Origin: Candidatus Shapirobacteria bacterium
Lineage (GTDB): Bacteria; Patescibacteriota; Microgenomatia; UBA12405
Direction: 5' to 3'
Assembly (NCBI GenBank): GCA_041658125.1
Contig: JBBAAS010000002.1
Span: forward strand, 8,951 to 72,950
Length of the DNA stretch: 64,000 nt
Part shown: positions 48,513 through 58,130 of the stretch, piece by piece
Position numbering within the stretch: the stretch's first letter is position 1
Layout: each line of letters begins with the position of its first letter
Made by a program: the position numbers and the translations under genes
The notes under the pieces: generated by a model
Databases searched by the model: none
The model's input: only the letters and a program-made list of their open reading frames with translations
What the model was told of the DNA's origin: nothing

Positions 48513-49451
48513 TTAAAAAAGAGAGGTTTGGACGGAATTGTTAATGGAAGTTTCTTTTTTAGAAAGATTTAATTTTTTTTGAAGGCGGGAGGAAAGGGAT
48601 TTGAAATGGTATTGATCAAAAACCGGTAAAAGGTTTTGGGCGAGAACGGAATTCCAACGGGCGGAACGAAGGGTAAAAGTAAGAGGAATGTTGTCGATTA
48701 AGGTAGCGAGTTTCTGCGAAAGATAGGCATTATCTTTGCCTTTTTCAAGGCGTAAACGAACCGAGCCATTTAAATCACTCAAGTGAGAATAAACCCCGTC
48801 AAGAGAATCATATTTTTCTAAAAGTTCGACAGCGGTTTTGGGGCCGATACCTTCGACGCCAGGGTAGTTGTCGGACATATCCCCCATCAAAGCTTTAAGG
48901 TCGATAACCTGTAAAGGCAGAACGCCTAATTTTTCCTTAACTTCGCCGGGTCCAAAAATTTTGGTTTCGGAAAGGCCACGAATAGGAACAAAAAGGTCGA
49001 CTTGAGAGGTAACGAGTTGCATTAAATCTTTGTCGCCGGTGATGATAGTAATTTTGGAAATAAGTTTTTTGCGGGATGATTTAAAAATTTTTTGAAGAGA
49101 CTTTTTGGTGATGGTGGCGATAAGATCATCGGCTTCATAACCCCCCATGGAAAAATTGGAAATATGGGCTTGCTTTAAAGTTTCAGGAAGAAGAGGAAGC
49201 TGGACGATCAGGTCGCGGTCGGGAATTTTACGCTTGGCACGGTAACCAATAAATTCAGATTGACGAAAAGTAGGACCGGGAGAATCAAGACAAACGATAA
49301 GATAATTTGGGTGGAGATTATCAATGGCGGAAAGAAGCATTGAATAAAAACCGTAAAGGGCATTAACGGGTTGGCCATTAACGGTAAGAGACGGAATAGA
49401 ATGATAGGCACGGTGAGCGATCGCGTGGCCGTCAACGATAACAAGATGCAT
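48513..49451 (-). CDS. Stand-alone 5'-3' exonuclease (PolA N-terminal domain)
   Basis: VDGH...HRAYH, YEADD, TGDKD, GD.SDNYPGV.GIGPKTA; no polymerase domain. Confidence 0.92.
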   Translation of the reverse strand: MHLVIVDGHAIAHRAYHSIPSLTVNGQPVNALYGFYSMLLSAIDNLHPNYLIVCLDSPGPTFRQSEFIGYRAKRKIPDRDLIVQLPLLPETLKQAHISNFSMGGYEADDLIATITKKSLQKIFKSSRKKLISKITIITGDKDLMQLVTSQVDLFVPIRGLSETKIFGPGEVKEKLGVLPLQVIDLKALMGDMSDNYPGVEGIGPKTAVELLEKYDSLDGVYSHLSDLNGSVRLRLEKGKDNAYLSQKLATLIDNIPLTFTLRSARWNSVLAQNLLPVFDQYHFKSLSSRLQKKLNLSKKETSINNSVQTSLF

Positions 49452-49501
49452 GTATCTGAAATTATAACCCGAAACAACCAATTTACTGATAAAATTAAAT
49501 T

Positions 49502-50365
49502 ATGGAGCAACATCCGATTCCACAACCGATCACCTCGTATGAATTTAAATTGGTCGGAGAGATGACATTAAAGCAATTTTTAAAGGCCGGCGGAGGGATT
49601 GTGGTAGCCTTGCTCATAAACGCAACCAAATTGGTGTTTTTTATAAAATGGCCATTGATGATTTTGTTCGGAGGGGGAGGCTTGGCTTTGGCATTTGTTC
49701 CATTTCAGGACAGACCACTGGAAAAATGGATAGTAGCATTTATCAAATCGATATATTTTCCAACTATCTATACGTATAAAAAGAGAGCTAATAATGATTG
49801 GCTAGAAACAGACATGGTAAAAGCGAAAGCCACAGCAGAGGAAAAGAAAAAGAAGGAGGAAGAACTTCCCATAAAAGACCAGGGAAAGGTAGAAGAGTTC
49901 ATTGAATCACTGCCTTCGGTTAAAAAAGAAGAAAAAGTCCCGGAAAAAGAGGTAGTTAAAATAAATCCGGTAAAAAGCGAAGAGGAAACCGTAAAAAAGG
50001 AAACTAACTGGAGAGATCAAACGACTGATCTCAAGCTGAAAAAAGAAAAACTGAAAGCAACCGGAAGAGCAAGTTTTGGGTCAATCCCGATGCCGGACAT
50101 TCCGGAAATACCAAATATTGTGGTAGGAATGGTAACTGATACGGCAGGTAAGATTGTTGAAGGAACGATTTTGGAAATTCTTGATGCCGAAGGAAATCCG
50201 GTAAGAGTGTTAAAGACAAATGCTTTAGGCCAGTTTAGGATATCGACACCGTTGGCAAATGGACAATATTTAATAATTCCGGAAAAAAAGGGACTTAATT
50301 TTGACAGGGTGAGTATTGATCTTTTAGGAAAAATTGTTCAACCAATTAAAATACAATCTGTCTAA
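49502..50365 (+). CDS. PrgI-family protein with C-terminal beta-sandwich
   Basis: QHPIPQ.I..YEFKLVG.MTLKQF, two TM helices, Q.RPLEKW. Confidence 0.88.
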   Translation: MEQHPIPQPITSYEFKLVGEMTLKQFLKAGGGIVVALLINATKLVFFIKWPLMILFGGGGLALAFVPFQDRPLEKWIVAFIKSIYFPTIYTYKKRANNDWLETDMVKAKATAEEKKKKEEELPIKDQGKVEEFIESLPSVKKEEKVPEKEVVKINPVKSEEETVKKETNWRDQTTDLKLKKEKLKATGRASFGSIPMPDIPEIPNIVVGMVTDTAGKIVEGTILEILDAEGNPVRVLKTNALGQFRISTPLANGQYLIIPEKKGLNFDRVSIDLLGKIVQPIKIQSV

Positions 50366-50398
50366 GAGGGTAGTTTTTGCGTTATTATTAAATAGTCT

Positions 50399-51115
50399 AT
50401 GCCGATTGACCCATTAAAAATAGCTATCAGAGGGAGTACTCAAGACCATTTGCCGGTGGAGGATGTGATTAATGGAATCGTTCTATTAAAAGACGGTTCG
50501 GCAGCAATGATAATGCAGGTATCGTCGGTTAATTTCGACTTGTTGTCAGAAAGAGAACAATCGGCTCTGGTTTTTGCTTATGGAGGAATATTAAATTCTT
50601 TGAGCTTCCCAATACAAATTGTGATTCAAACGAACAGAAAAGATGTAAGTGCCTATTTGCAAAATCTAAAAACTGCCGAAGAAGAACAGGAAAATAAACT
50701 TTTAGGAGAGAAAATAAAGAGTTACCGAAAATTTATTGAAGAAACAGTAAAAAGAAATGACGTGCTATCAAAATCTTTTTATGTAGTGGTCCCGTTTTCG
50801 ATCTTAGAATTAGGGATTAAGACGGCATCGAGCCAATTAACAAGTAGCCTGCCGCTATTGGGAAGACAAACGGAAAGATCGCTGCCCTTTCCAAAGGAAC
50901 AAATTTTAGAAAAAGCTAAAGCCAGTTTGGAACCCAAAAGAGACCATTTGATGAGGCTGTTTTCCAGATTGGGATTGGAAATAAAACAATTAGATACAAA
51001 AGAAATGATTGAATTGTTTTACCGACTGTACAATGAAGAAACTGCTATTAATCAAAAGATTTCGAATTTGAGTTATGGAACGCCAGCGGTGATGGCAAAA
51101 ATTAAAAAAACATGA
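50399..51115 (+). CDS. TraC/VirB4 N-terminal-like accessory protein
   Basis: VSSVNFDLLSE.EQ, LNSL.FPIQI motifs; coupled to VirB4. Confidence 0.8.
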   Translation: MPIDPLKIAIRGSTQDHLPVEDVINGIVLLKDGSAAMIMQVSSVNFDLLSEREQSALVFAYGGILNSLSFPIQIVIQTNRKDVSAYLQNLKTAEEEQENKLLGEKIKSYRKFIEETVKRNDVLSKSFYVVVPFSILELGIKTASSQLTSSLPLLGRQTERSLPFPKEQILEKAKASLEPKRDHLMRLFSRLGLEIKQLDTKEMIELFYRLYNEETAINQKISNLSYGTPAVMAKIKKT

Positions 51116-53469
51116 AAATATTTAGTTTTGGCAAAAAAAAAGAAGAGATAAAAAAGACAGAGACACCGGTAACGGCGGACAATAAATTGACTGGAGCTAA
51201 AAAATTTGTTGAGGGATTGGTTTCGACGAAGGACATTATTGCCCCGGCGGCACTGGAAGTTGATTTTAACCACATAAGGATTGGTAACCGGTACTATAGA
51301 ACATTGTTTGTAGCCGGATATCCAAGATTTGTGGGAATAAATTGGCTGTCACCACTGGTTAATTTTGACGCGTCACTGAACGTGTCGATGTATATTTATC
51401 CGACGGACGGAAAAGAAATTCTAGATGATTTAAGAAGAAAGATTGCGGAAATGGAGGCTGAAATTAACACTGATTTACAGAGAGGGAGAGTGGTAAATCC
51501 GGCAACACAGGCAAAGCTGGAAGATGCTTTGAATTTACAAGCAGAATTGGTGAGGGGAGAGGAGAGATTTTTTCAATTTGGACTTTATGTAACGATATCG
51601 ACTGATTCGGAAGAAGAATTAGATAGAATCAATAAAAATATTGAAGCGGCGTTGGGATCGTTGATGATAATCAGTAAAAGAGCAACATTGCAAATGGAAG
51701 ATGGCTTTGTAACGACTCTGCCATTGTGTATAGACAGATTGGGAATCACCAGAAATATGGATACGACGTCACTGGCAACAACTTTTCCGTTTGTGTCATC
51801 GGATTTATCTGACGATAAGGGGATAATGTATGGAATTAATGAACACAACGGAAGCTTGGTAATTTTTGATAGATTTTCAATGCCGAATTATAATTCGGTA
51901 GTATTTGCCACGGCCGGAGCGGGAAAATCGTATTTGATTAAGCTGGAAGCAATAAGATCGCTGATGATGGGGACAGAAATCATTGTAATTGATCCGGAAA
52001 ACGAGTACCGAAACTTGAGCGACGCAGTGGGAGGACAATATATTGCGTTTGGGTATGGTGAAGAGTCAAAAATTAATCCATTTGATTTGTCATTAACGGA
52101 AGAAGAAGGAGAAAATGCTCTGAATGCAAAAATGTTGAATTTACATGGTTTGCTCAAGGTGATGCTGGGAGAAATGAACCCAATGGAAGAATCTATTATG
52201 GATAAAGCATTGATGGAGGCTTATAAGGCAAAAGGAATTACTCCTGACCCAACGACCCAAAATAAAGAACCGCCATTAATCGAAGATTTATATAAGTCGT
52301 TGATGGGAATGGAAGATAAGTCGGCACAAACATTAGCAGCACGAATGGAAAAATATATAAAAGGTTCCTTTGCCGGAATTTTTAACCAAAAAACAACCGT
52401 AAATTTAAAAAACAAAATGGTGGTGTTCGGCATCAGAAATCTGGAAGAAGCCTTAAGACCAATAGCGATGCATATTATTCTTGACTATATTTGGACGGTA
52501 GTGAAAAAAACCCTAAAAAAAAGAATAATGATTGTGGATGAGGCGTGGTATTTGATGCAGTTTCCGGATTCGGCGGCATTTTTGAGAGGAATTGTAAAAA
52601 GAAGCAGAAAATATTATTTGGGAGTAACAACAATTACCCAAGATGTGGATGATTTTTTAAAGACGCCGTACGGAAAAGAAATTGTGACCAACAGTGCAAT
52701 TCAAATTCTTTTAAAACAACACAGTGCGGCAATAGACCAAATAGGAGAGGTGTTTTACCTGTCAGAAGGAGAGAAACAGTTATTATTAACCGCTGATAAG
52801 GGGGAAGGAATATTTTTTGCCGGACAAAACCACGTAGCGATTAGGGTGATTGCCTCGGCAGATGAGCATAAACTGATCACCTCAAACCCAGAAGAAGTGA
52901 TGCAAATGAAAAAGACGGTGGAAGAAAAAAAGAAAGAACCGGAAAAACCAATGACAGTGGCAGAACCACCAAAGCCGATTTTGGTTAATAAACCTATAAC
53001 TGAAAATAGTAATCAAGTAGTAGAAATTGAAAGTGGTCCGGTATTAAACGCCATTTCCCCGAAGGTAGAAGATGTATTGCAAAAACGGATAAAAGAAATG
53101 GAAGAACAGGAGAAAAAAGAAATTGAAGAGCACAGGAAGGAAGTTGAGGTTGAAGAGAAAGAAAAAGAAAGTAAAAATCAATCTTTGGGCGGTTTTGGAT
53201 CTTTACCGAAATATCAGGATTTATTTAAGCCAACGGCAAACAAATTACCTCCCTTGCCCCCACTGCCGCCATTACCAAAATACGAACCGGTAATAAAGCC
53301 GATATTTATTACCCCCGAACCAAAAATTCCGCAACCACCGCAATTGGTTAAGAAAAATAAACCTGAATTTGTGGCACCAGAGCAAAACAAAACCGTGGCA
53401 TCACAAGCTCCAGCGGATAAAAAAACCGGACTAACCTACGACAAACTATTTGGCGACGGAATCGTTTAG
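51112..53469 (+). CDS. VirB4/TraE-family ATPase
   Basis: A.AGAGKS, IDPENEY, INPFD, VDEAW, RKY...ITQ; Pro/Glu-rich tail. Confidence 0.93.
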   Translation: MKIFSFGKKKEEIKKTETPVTADNKLTGAKKFVEGLVSTKDIIAPAALEVDFNHIRIGNRYYRTLFVAGYPRFVGINWLSPLVNFDASLNVSMYIYPTDGKEILDDLRRKIAEMEAEINTDLQRGRVVNPATQAKLEDALNLQAELVRGEERFFQFGLYVTISTDSEEELDRINKNIEAALGSLMIISKRATLQMEDGFVTTLPLCIDRLGITRNMDTTSLATTFPFVSSDLSDDKGIMYGINEHNGSLVIFDRFSMPNYNSVVFATAGAGKSYLIKLEAIRSLMMGTEIIVIDPENEYRNLSDAVGGQYIAFGYGEESKINPFDLSLTEEEGENALNAKMLNLHGLLKVMLGEMNPMEESIMDKALMEAYKAKGITPDPTTQNKEPPLIEDLYKSLMGMEDKSAQTLAARMEKYIKGSFAGIFNQKTTVNLKNKMVVFGIRNLEEALRPIAMHIILDYIWTVVKKTLKKRIMIVDEAWYLMQFPDSAAFLRGIVKRSRKYYLGVTTITQDVDDFLKTPYGKEIVTNSAIQILLKQHSAAIDQIGEVFYLSEGEKQLLLTADKGEGIFFAGQNHVAIRVIASADEHKLITSNPEEVMQMKKTVEEKKKEPEKPMTVAEPPKPILVNKPITENSNQVVEIESGPVLNAISPKVEDVLQKRIKEMEEQEKKEIEEHRKEVEVEEKEKESKNQSLGGFGSLPKYQDLFKPTANKLPPLPPLPPLPKYEPVIKPIFITPEPKIPQPPQLVKKNKPEFVAPEQNKTVASQAPADKKTGLTYDKLFGDGIV

Positions 53470-53488
53470 ATTGGTATAATTTCAATTG

Positions 53489-56218
53489 ATGGATCAGATT
53501 TTAACCAAAGAAGAAACAGTAATACAGGAGATAAATTCGAGAGACTGCCGAACAGTAAATGAAGTCATTAAAGCCCTGGGTGAATTAATTGCTAATCACG
53601 GAAAACTGATAAAAGGAAGACTGGAAGATAGAATTTTCCAAGTATATCTGGCGATAGGAGCCAGAGAAGATTTTGATGTAACCCAACCATTGACGGAAAT
53701 GGTAAAAACGCTGGATCGTTTGGACGATAAAACAAAAACAGAAAAAATTGAAGATTTGTCTAAACAAGTTAAAGAAAAGATAGATGAAGCATTGAAGGAC
53801 AAACCTTCAGAAGAAATAAAATTGGGGTCAAAACAGTTGACCAGAGATGAACTAAGAGTGCTGATAAGAGAATATGAAGAACATTTAATTAAAGAAAATG
53901 GAAATAAAGAAAAAGCAATGGCGAGGCTGGTGGAAGGAAACGCAAGAGGAAAAAAGAGCGCAGAAATAATCGCGAGATTAGAGGAAATAAAAATAGAAAT
54001 CAAAGAAAACGGGCTGGCCGAAAATAAGATTGAAAAAATGGCCATAGATTTAGTGATAGAAGAAAATTTATTGGTAGCTGAACTGAAAGAGAAATTGCCT
54101 GACGAAAAAGCTGAAGCAATTTCAAAAATGACAACAGAGGTGACGATGAATGAAATAGTAAAAGGAATAGGAGAAATTAATAAAGAAGAAGTGACAGGGC
54201 AAGTGTTAAAAAAAGTAAAAGAGATAGATATTCAAAAAAATGATCTAGAGACCATCGAAGAATTGGTGATAGAGGAAGTGATAGGGAGAGTAGCGGAAAA
54301 GAAAATAGAGATTGAGGCAAATAAGGTTGCAGTGGAAATGTTAAAAAGACTGAAAGATGAAGGAATAGTAATCTCCGAAAGAAAAGTTGATGAAAATAAT
54401 TTAACAGAAAGAATTGAAACTCAAATATCGGAAGTTTGGAAAGGAAAAAGAGAATCGCTTTCCGAAAGCCTAGTAGTAGAAGTGGCTAATGCCAGTAAGG
54501 TTAATGACGAAAATTCCTTACTTAGAATAAGTCAGATAGTAAAGGAAGGAGAAATACAGATAAGAGAGCACACTAGAAATAATTTTGCCTTGAGACAAGA
54601 AGCTAAAATGGCGGAATTGAGAGGAGAAATTATAGAGACAGTAAACAAGGCCGATTCGACAATAAGCCCAGCAGTTGTAAGAGAATACGGTCGACTAGTA
54701 AGTAGTTTTTATCGAGTACCCTTAAGTGAGTATCAGAAAAGTGCGGTAGAAAGCGTAGAAAAAGTTCATGGACCGGGAAAAGCAAAGGTGGCTTGGGGAT
54801 ATACGGAAGCTTATTTGGGAATGTTAACCGACCCAAATATCGTTCAAAACACTGAAAAACTGAATAAGATTCTTGATAAATATCCACAATTTGAAGGCAT
54901 GGTTAATGGAATTGAAAAAGCCAGAACAGTTAATGGATTAGCGAGAACTCTTCAAAAGAGTGAAGTAATGCAGGGGCTTTTAGGTTCTCAAAAATTCGCT
55001 CAAATAACAGGTTTTATAGATAATCCGTTTGGATATTTCGGACAAAAATTATTAACAAGCGAAGGAGTAAAGGCGTTTATCGGAAAAATTGGCGGTCAAG
55101 AGTTGGTGACCGGATTGACAAATATTTTTTCTAAAGGCGGAGGGACAGCAGAAATGTTGATGGCGGCAGGAAAATCGATTCTAGCTAAGTTAGGAGGAAC
55201 AGCGGCAACAACAGCTGTCGCAGGAGGAGCGGCAACAGCCGGAGGAACGGCAATAGCGGCGGCGACAGGGCCACCAGGGTGGATTGCTGCGGCGGCGATA
55301 GCAGTAATAAGCGTAGCAAAAAAGATATTTGGGAAAATAAAAGATTTATTTGGAGGTTTATTTGAAAGTTTAGGAATTGACAAAAAAGCCTTGGATTTGT
55401 TTGGCGGACTTAAAAGTTGGATGCGAAATAATTTAGGAGGAATATTTGGAAAAGCGGGAGAGGCGTTATTAGGAGTAGCTGAAATGCCATTGCAATTAGT
55501 CGAAATGTTGTCGATGGTAGCAATAGGAACCGTGGTGGCGTTAATAGTACCGCTGTTTTTTATTGGTTTTTTTGTTTATCAAATGTTGCAATCAAATCAA
55601 GTTTCAACGTTAGTCCCGCCGGTGGGGATGGGAGCCGGTGAAGAAGGAACATCTTCGACGATTCCGCCGTATTTATTAACTGATTGTATGAGCAGTCCGG
55701 CATGCGCCGTAATCGATTATCTTCGATATAAAAAAGGAATTACTAATGTGAATACGGGGAACGTAAACCAAGCGGCAAGTTATGTCCAAGAATGGGTGAA
55801 TCCACCGGTAGGATTTGACAAAGGATATTTTAATACAATAATGACGGCAAATACTGCCAGTTGGACTTATTTTCAATGTTTAGGATTTAGTTTTAGTATT
55901 GATAAAGAACTGGCAAGTTTAGGGGAAGAAATTGACGGATTAGTAGATGAAAATGATAGTACTCCCGGATGTGAACCGGTGACGATTGAAAATGCAGGAG
56001 CCGGTGATCATATAATGTACATGGGACCACATATTTTAGAATTATCAGTATTCAGGCCTGACGATGGAAGTGGAATAATTTCGGATGTTAACGGAGACAG
56101 GCAAGGTATGTTGAGAAATATGCACAAGGGGGCGAATGGAAGCGGTGACAGTATAAGAGATTTTTTGATCAGTAAAAAAAATCAGTATTCTCGGTTTAAA
56201 ATATTAAGATGCAGATGA
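53489..56218 (+). CDS. Large coiled-coil/Ala-Gly-rich membrane protein with possible C-terminal CHAP/NlpC-like domain
   Basis: E/K coiled coil, AG-rich segment, TM, C-terminal QC.GF...GD...H...D.N. Confidence 0.7.
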   Translation: MDQILTKEETVIQEINSRDCRTVNEVIKALGELIANHGKLIKGRLEDRIFQVYLAIGAREDFDVTQPLTEMVKTLDRLDDKTKTEKIEDLSKQVKEKIDEALKDKPSEEIKLGSKQLTRDELRVLIREYEEHLIKENGNKEKAMARLVEGNARGKKSAEIIARLEEIKIEIKENGLAENKIEKMAIDLVIEENLLVAELKEKLPDEKAEAISKMTTEVTMNEIVKGIGEINKEEVTGQVLKKVKEIDIQKNDLETIEELVIEEVIGRVAEKKIEIEANKVAVEMLKRLKDEGIVISERKVDENNLTERIETQISEVWKGKRESLSESLVVEVANASKVNDENSLLRISQIVKEGEIQIREHTRNNFALRQEAKMAELRGEIIETVNKADSTISPAVVREYGRLVSSFYRVPLSEYQKSAVESVEKVHGPGKAKVAWGYTEAYLGMLTDPNIVQNTEKLNKILDKYPQFEGMVNGIEKARTVNGLARTLQKSEVMQGLLGSQKFAQITGFIDNPFGYFGQKLLTSEGVKAFIGKIGGQELVTGLTNIFSKGGGTAEMLMAAGKSILAKLGGTAATTAVAGGAATAGGTAIAAATGPPGWIAAAAIAVISVAKKIFGKIKDLFGGLFESLGIDKKALDLFGGLKSWMRNNLGGIFGKAGEALLGVAEMPLQLVEMLSMVAIGTVVALIVPLFFIGFFVYQMLQSNQVSTLVPPVGMGAGEEGTSSTIPPYLLTDCMSSPACAVIDYLRYKKGITNVNTGNVNQAASYVQEWVNPPVGFDKGYFNTIMTANTASWTYFQCLGFSFSIDKELASLGEEIDGLVDENDSTPGCEPVTIENAGAGDHIMYMGPHILELSVFRPDDGSGIISDVNGDRQGMLRNMHKGANGSGDSIRDFLISKKNQYSRFKILRCR

Positions 56219-56649
56219 AAGAAAAAATAAAAAAATATTGGTGGATAGGGATTTTGTTAATAATATGGATAATAGTAGTTTTCTTTTTAAAGAAACCGGC
56301 AGAAGAAAAGAAAAGCGAAAATGAAGTATCGAGAACAACGCCAACGACGATAATAATTTCCGGACCAACGATATTTACCGGGGGAACCGGACCGGATGAG
56401 GCGTCGGCAAAGGAACTTATGAAGGAATATGAACAATCACTAAAAGATTATCCTTTGGCTGATAAATTACCTTACAGTGGAAATGGCTTTGTGATAGATC
56501 ATTATGTAGCCAGATTAAAGGTAGCGATTTATGTTGAGGAAGGAGTTAACAGAGAAGAAGTTGTAAAAGAATTTGACAAATGGTTGGGACAAAATGGTTT
56601 TAAAGCCGGATCACATCAGGTAGAATGGAGGTTGAAGGAGAAAAAATGA
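56209..56649 (+). CDS. Hypothetical membrane-anchored protein
   Basis: N-terminal TM, PL...LPY motif. Confidence 0.75.
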   Translation: MQMKEKIKKYWWIGILLIIWIIVVFFLKKPAEEKKSENEVSRTTPTTIIISGPTIFTGGTGPDEASAKELMKEYEQSLKDYPLADKLPYSGNGFVIDHYVARLKVAIYVEEGVNREEVVKEFDKWLGQNGFKAGSHQVEWRLKEKK

Positions 56650-56749
56650 ATAGAGGGGAATTTGTCAAGAAATATCAAATAATTTTAGTGCTGGGATTTG
56701 TGGCCGGAGCGATGGCAGTAATTAAGGTTTTGGTAGTACTGGGAAAAAT

Positions 56750-57871
56750 TTAGTCCTGAATACGGACAGGCATGATGATGTGGGTGAAGTTGGGATCGGA
56801 TTGGTCGTGAAAAAAGCCAGGAGTCAGAGGTTCGTTAAGCTCGATTATAATTTCTTCACCCTTACAAACAGTAAGAAAATCGGAAACGAATTTGTAATTA
56901 AAAGCAATTTCTAAAGGATCACCTTCAAACTTAGCCTCCACGGAGGCTTGGTTTTGACCAAGTTGGGGAGCATTAGCGGAAAGAATAAGCTTAGATTTTT
57001 GAAGACTGAATTTGACGACATTGGCCGATTTTTGAGCAAAAACGGAAGCAATTTTGACGGCTTGAACAAATTCGACTTTGTTGATAAAGATTTTTTTGGA
57101 AAAACTTTCCGGAATAATTCTTTGGTAATCAGGATAATCGCCATCGATGAGACGGGAGACGAGCTCCAGATCCTCTAAAACGAAGACGAGCTGGTGACCA
57201 TCTAATGTTAGACCCATTTGCAGCTTTTTAGCAGTCTTGGAAAGCTTGGTGATTTCCAGAAGGGTCTTTTGGGGGATAAGGAAAGAAATCGGATGGTCGT
57301 TTTTTAAAGAAAGTGGTTCGACCAGTTTAATAATTTTTTGAGAAAGACGAAAACCATCAGTAGTAACCAAAGTAATATTGTTGGGGGCAAATTGACAAAG
57401 GACAGCGGTTAAAACCGGACGGGTGTCATCGGCGGCGGCGGAAAAAGCAATTTGAGAAATGGCCTGATTAAATAAAGAAAGATCAATATCAAAAGCGGTT
57501 TTAGGGTCAAGTGACGGCAAAACAGGAAAATCAGCGGCGGGAATAGTAGCAAAAGTCGACTCGGCCCGGGAAGAAGTAATTTTTAAGAGATTTTTATCGT
57601 CTAAAGAAAGATCAATTTTGCCGGATGACAGATAAGAAATAAATTCAGTAATTTCGCGGTTAGGAATAGTAGTACTCCCCTCTTTTTCGATTTTGGCACC
57701 AATCCAATAGTTAATACCGACTTCTAAATTGGTAGCCGATAATTTGAGACGACCTTCATCGGTAGAAATAAGAATATTATTTAGAATCGGAAGCTGGCTT
57801 TTAGAAGAGACAAAACGGGAAACGTTTTGGAGAGCCAGATTAAAGTTTTCTTGAAGGAGGGAAAGTTGCAT
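56750..57871 (-). CDS. dnaN: DNA polymerase III beta clamp
   Basis: LPIL.N, ATNLE, RPVLT, TDGFRL, SRLIDGDYPDY, IIMPVR. Confidence 0.97.
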   Translation of the reverse strand: MQLSLLQENFNLALQNVSRFVSSKSQLPILNNILISTDEGRLKLSATNLEVGINYWIGAKIEKEGSTTIPNREITEFISYLSSGKIDLSLDDKNLLKITSSRAESTFATIPAADFPVLPSLDPKTAFDIDLSLFNQAISQIAFSAAADDTRPVLTAVLCQFAPNNITLVTTDGFRLSQKIIKLVEPLSLKNDHPISFLIPQKTLLEITKLSKTAKKLQMGLTLDGHQLVFVLEDLELVSRLIDGDYPDYQRIIPESFSKKIFINKVEFVQAVKIASVFAQKSANVVKFSLQKSKLILSANAPQLGQNQASVEAKFEGDPLEIAFNYKFVSDFLTVCKGEEIIIELNEPLTPGFFHDQSDPNFTHIIMPVRIQD

Positions 57872-58130
57872 TGGCTAATTATAATAAAAAGTAATTAATA
57901 AAATAGTAGATGTAGTTGTAGGACGGTGGAGAAGTTGATAGATTGATAATTAGTAAGCTGTAGGCGGTAAATTTTATGTTTAAAAGAAAGTATTTAGCGA
58001 ACAGTAGTTATTTATCGGGAAGTATTGGCTTATAAAGTGAAGCTTAATTTGGGTAAGCTTCGGGGGAAAAGAAGGGGGCTTCTGTGGAAAAGTCGGTGGA
58101 TAAACAGAACAGGAAAGTGGAAAACTAATT
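57872..58130. other. Putative oriC (DnaA boxes + DnaA-trios)
   Basis: TGTGGAAAA (58083), GGTGGATAA (58095), AGTGGAAAA (58116); TAG-TAG-ATG-TAG-TTG-TAG trio array (57904-57921) next to an AT-rich tract. Confidence 0.7.

Noticed and set aside
49502-56649. Integrative conjugative element
   Set aside because: No relaxase, coupling protein, integrase or att sites are visible, and the composition matches the host.
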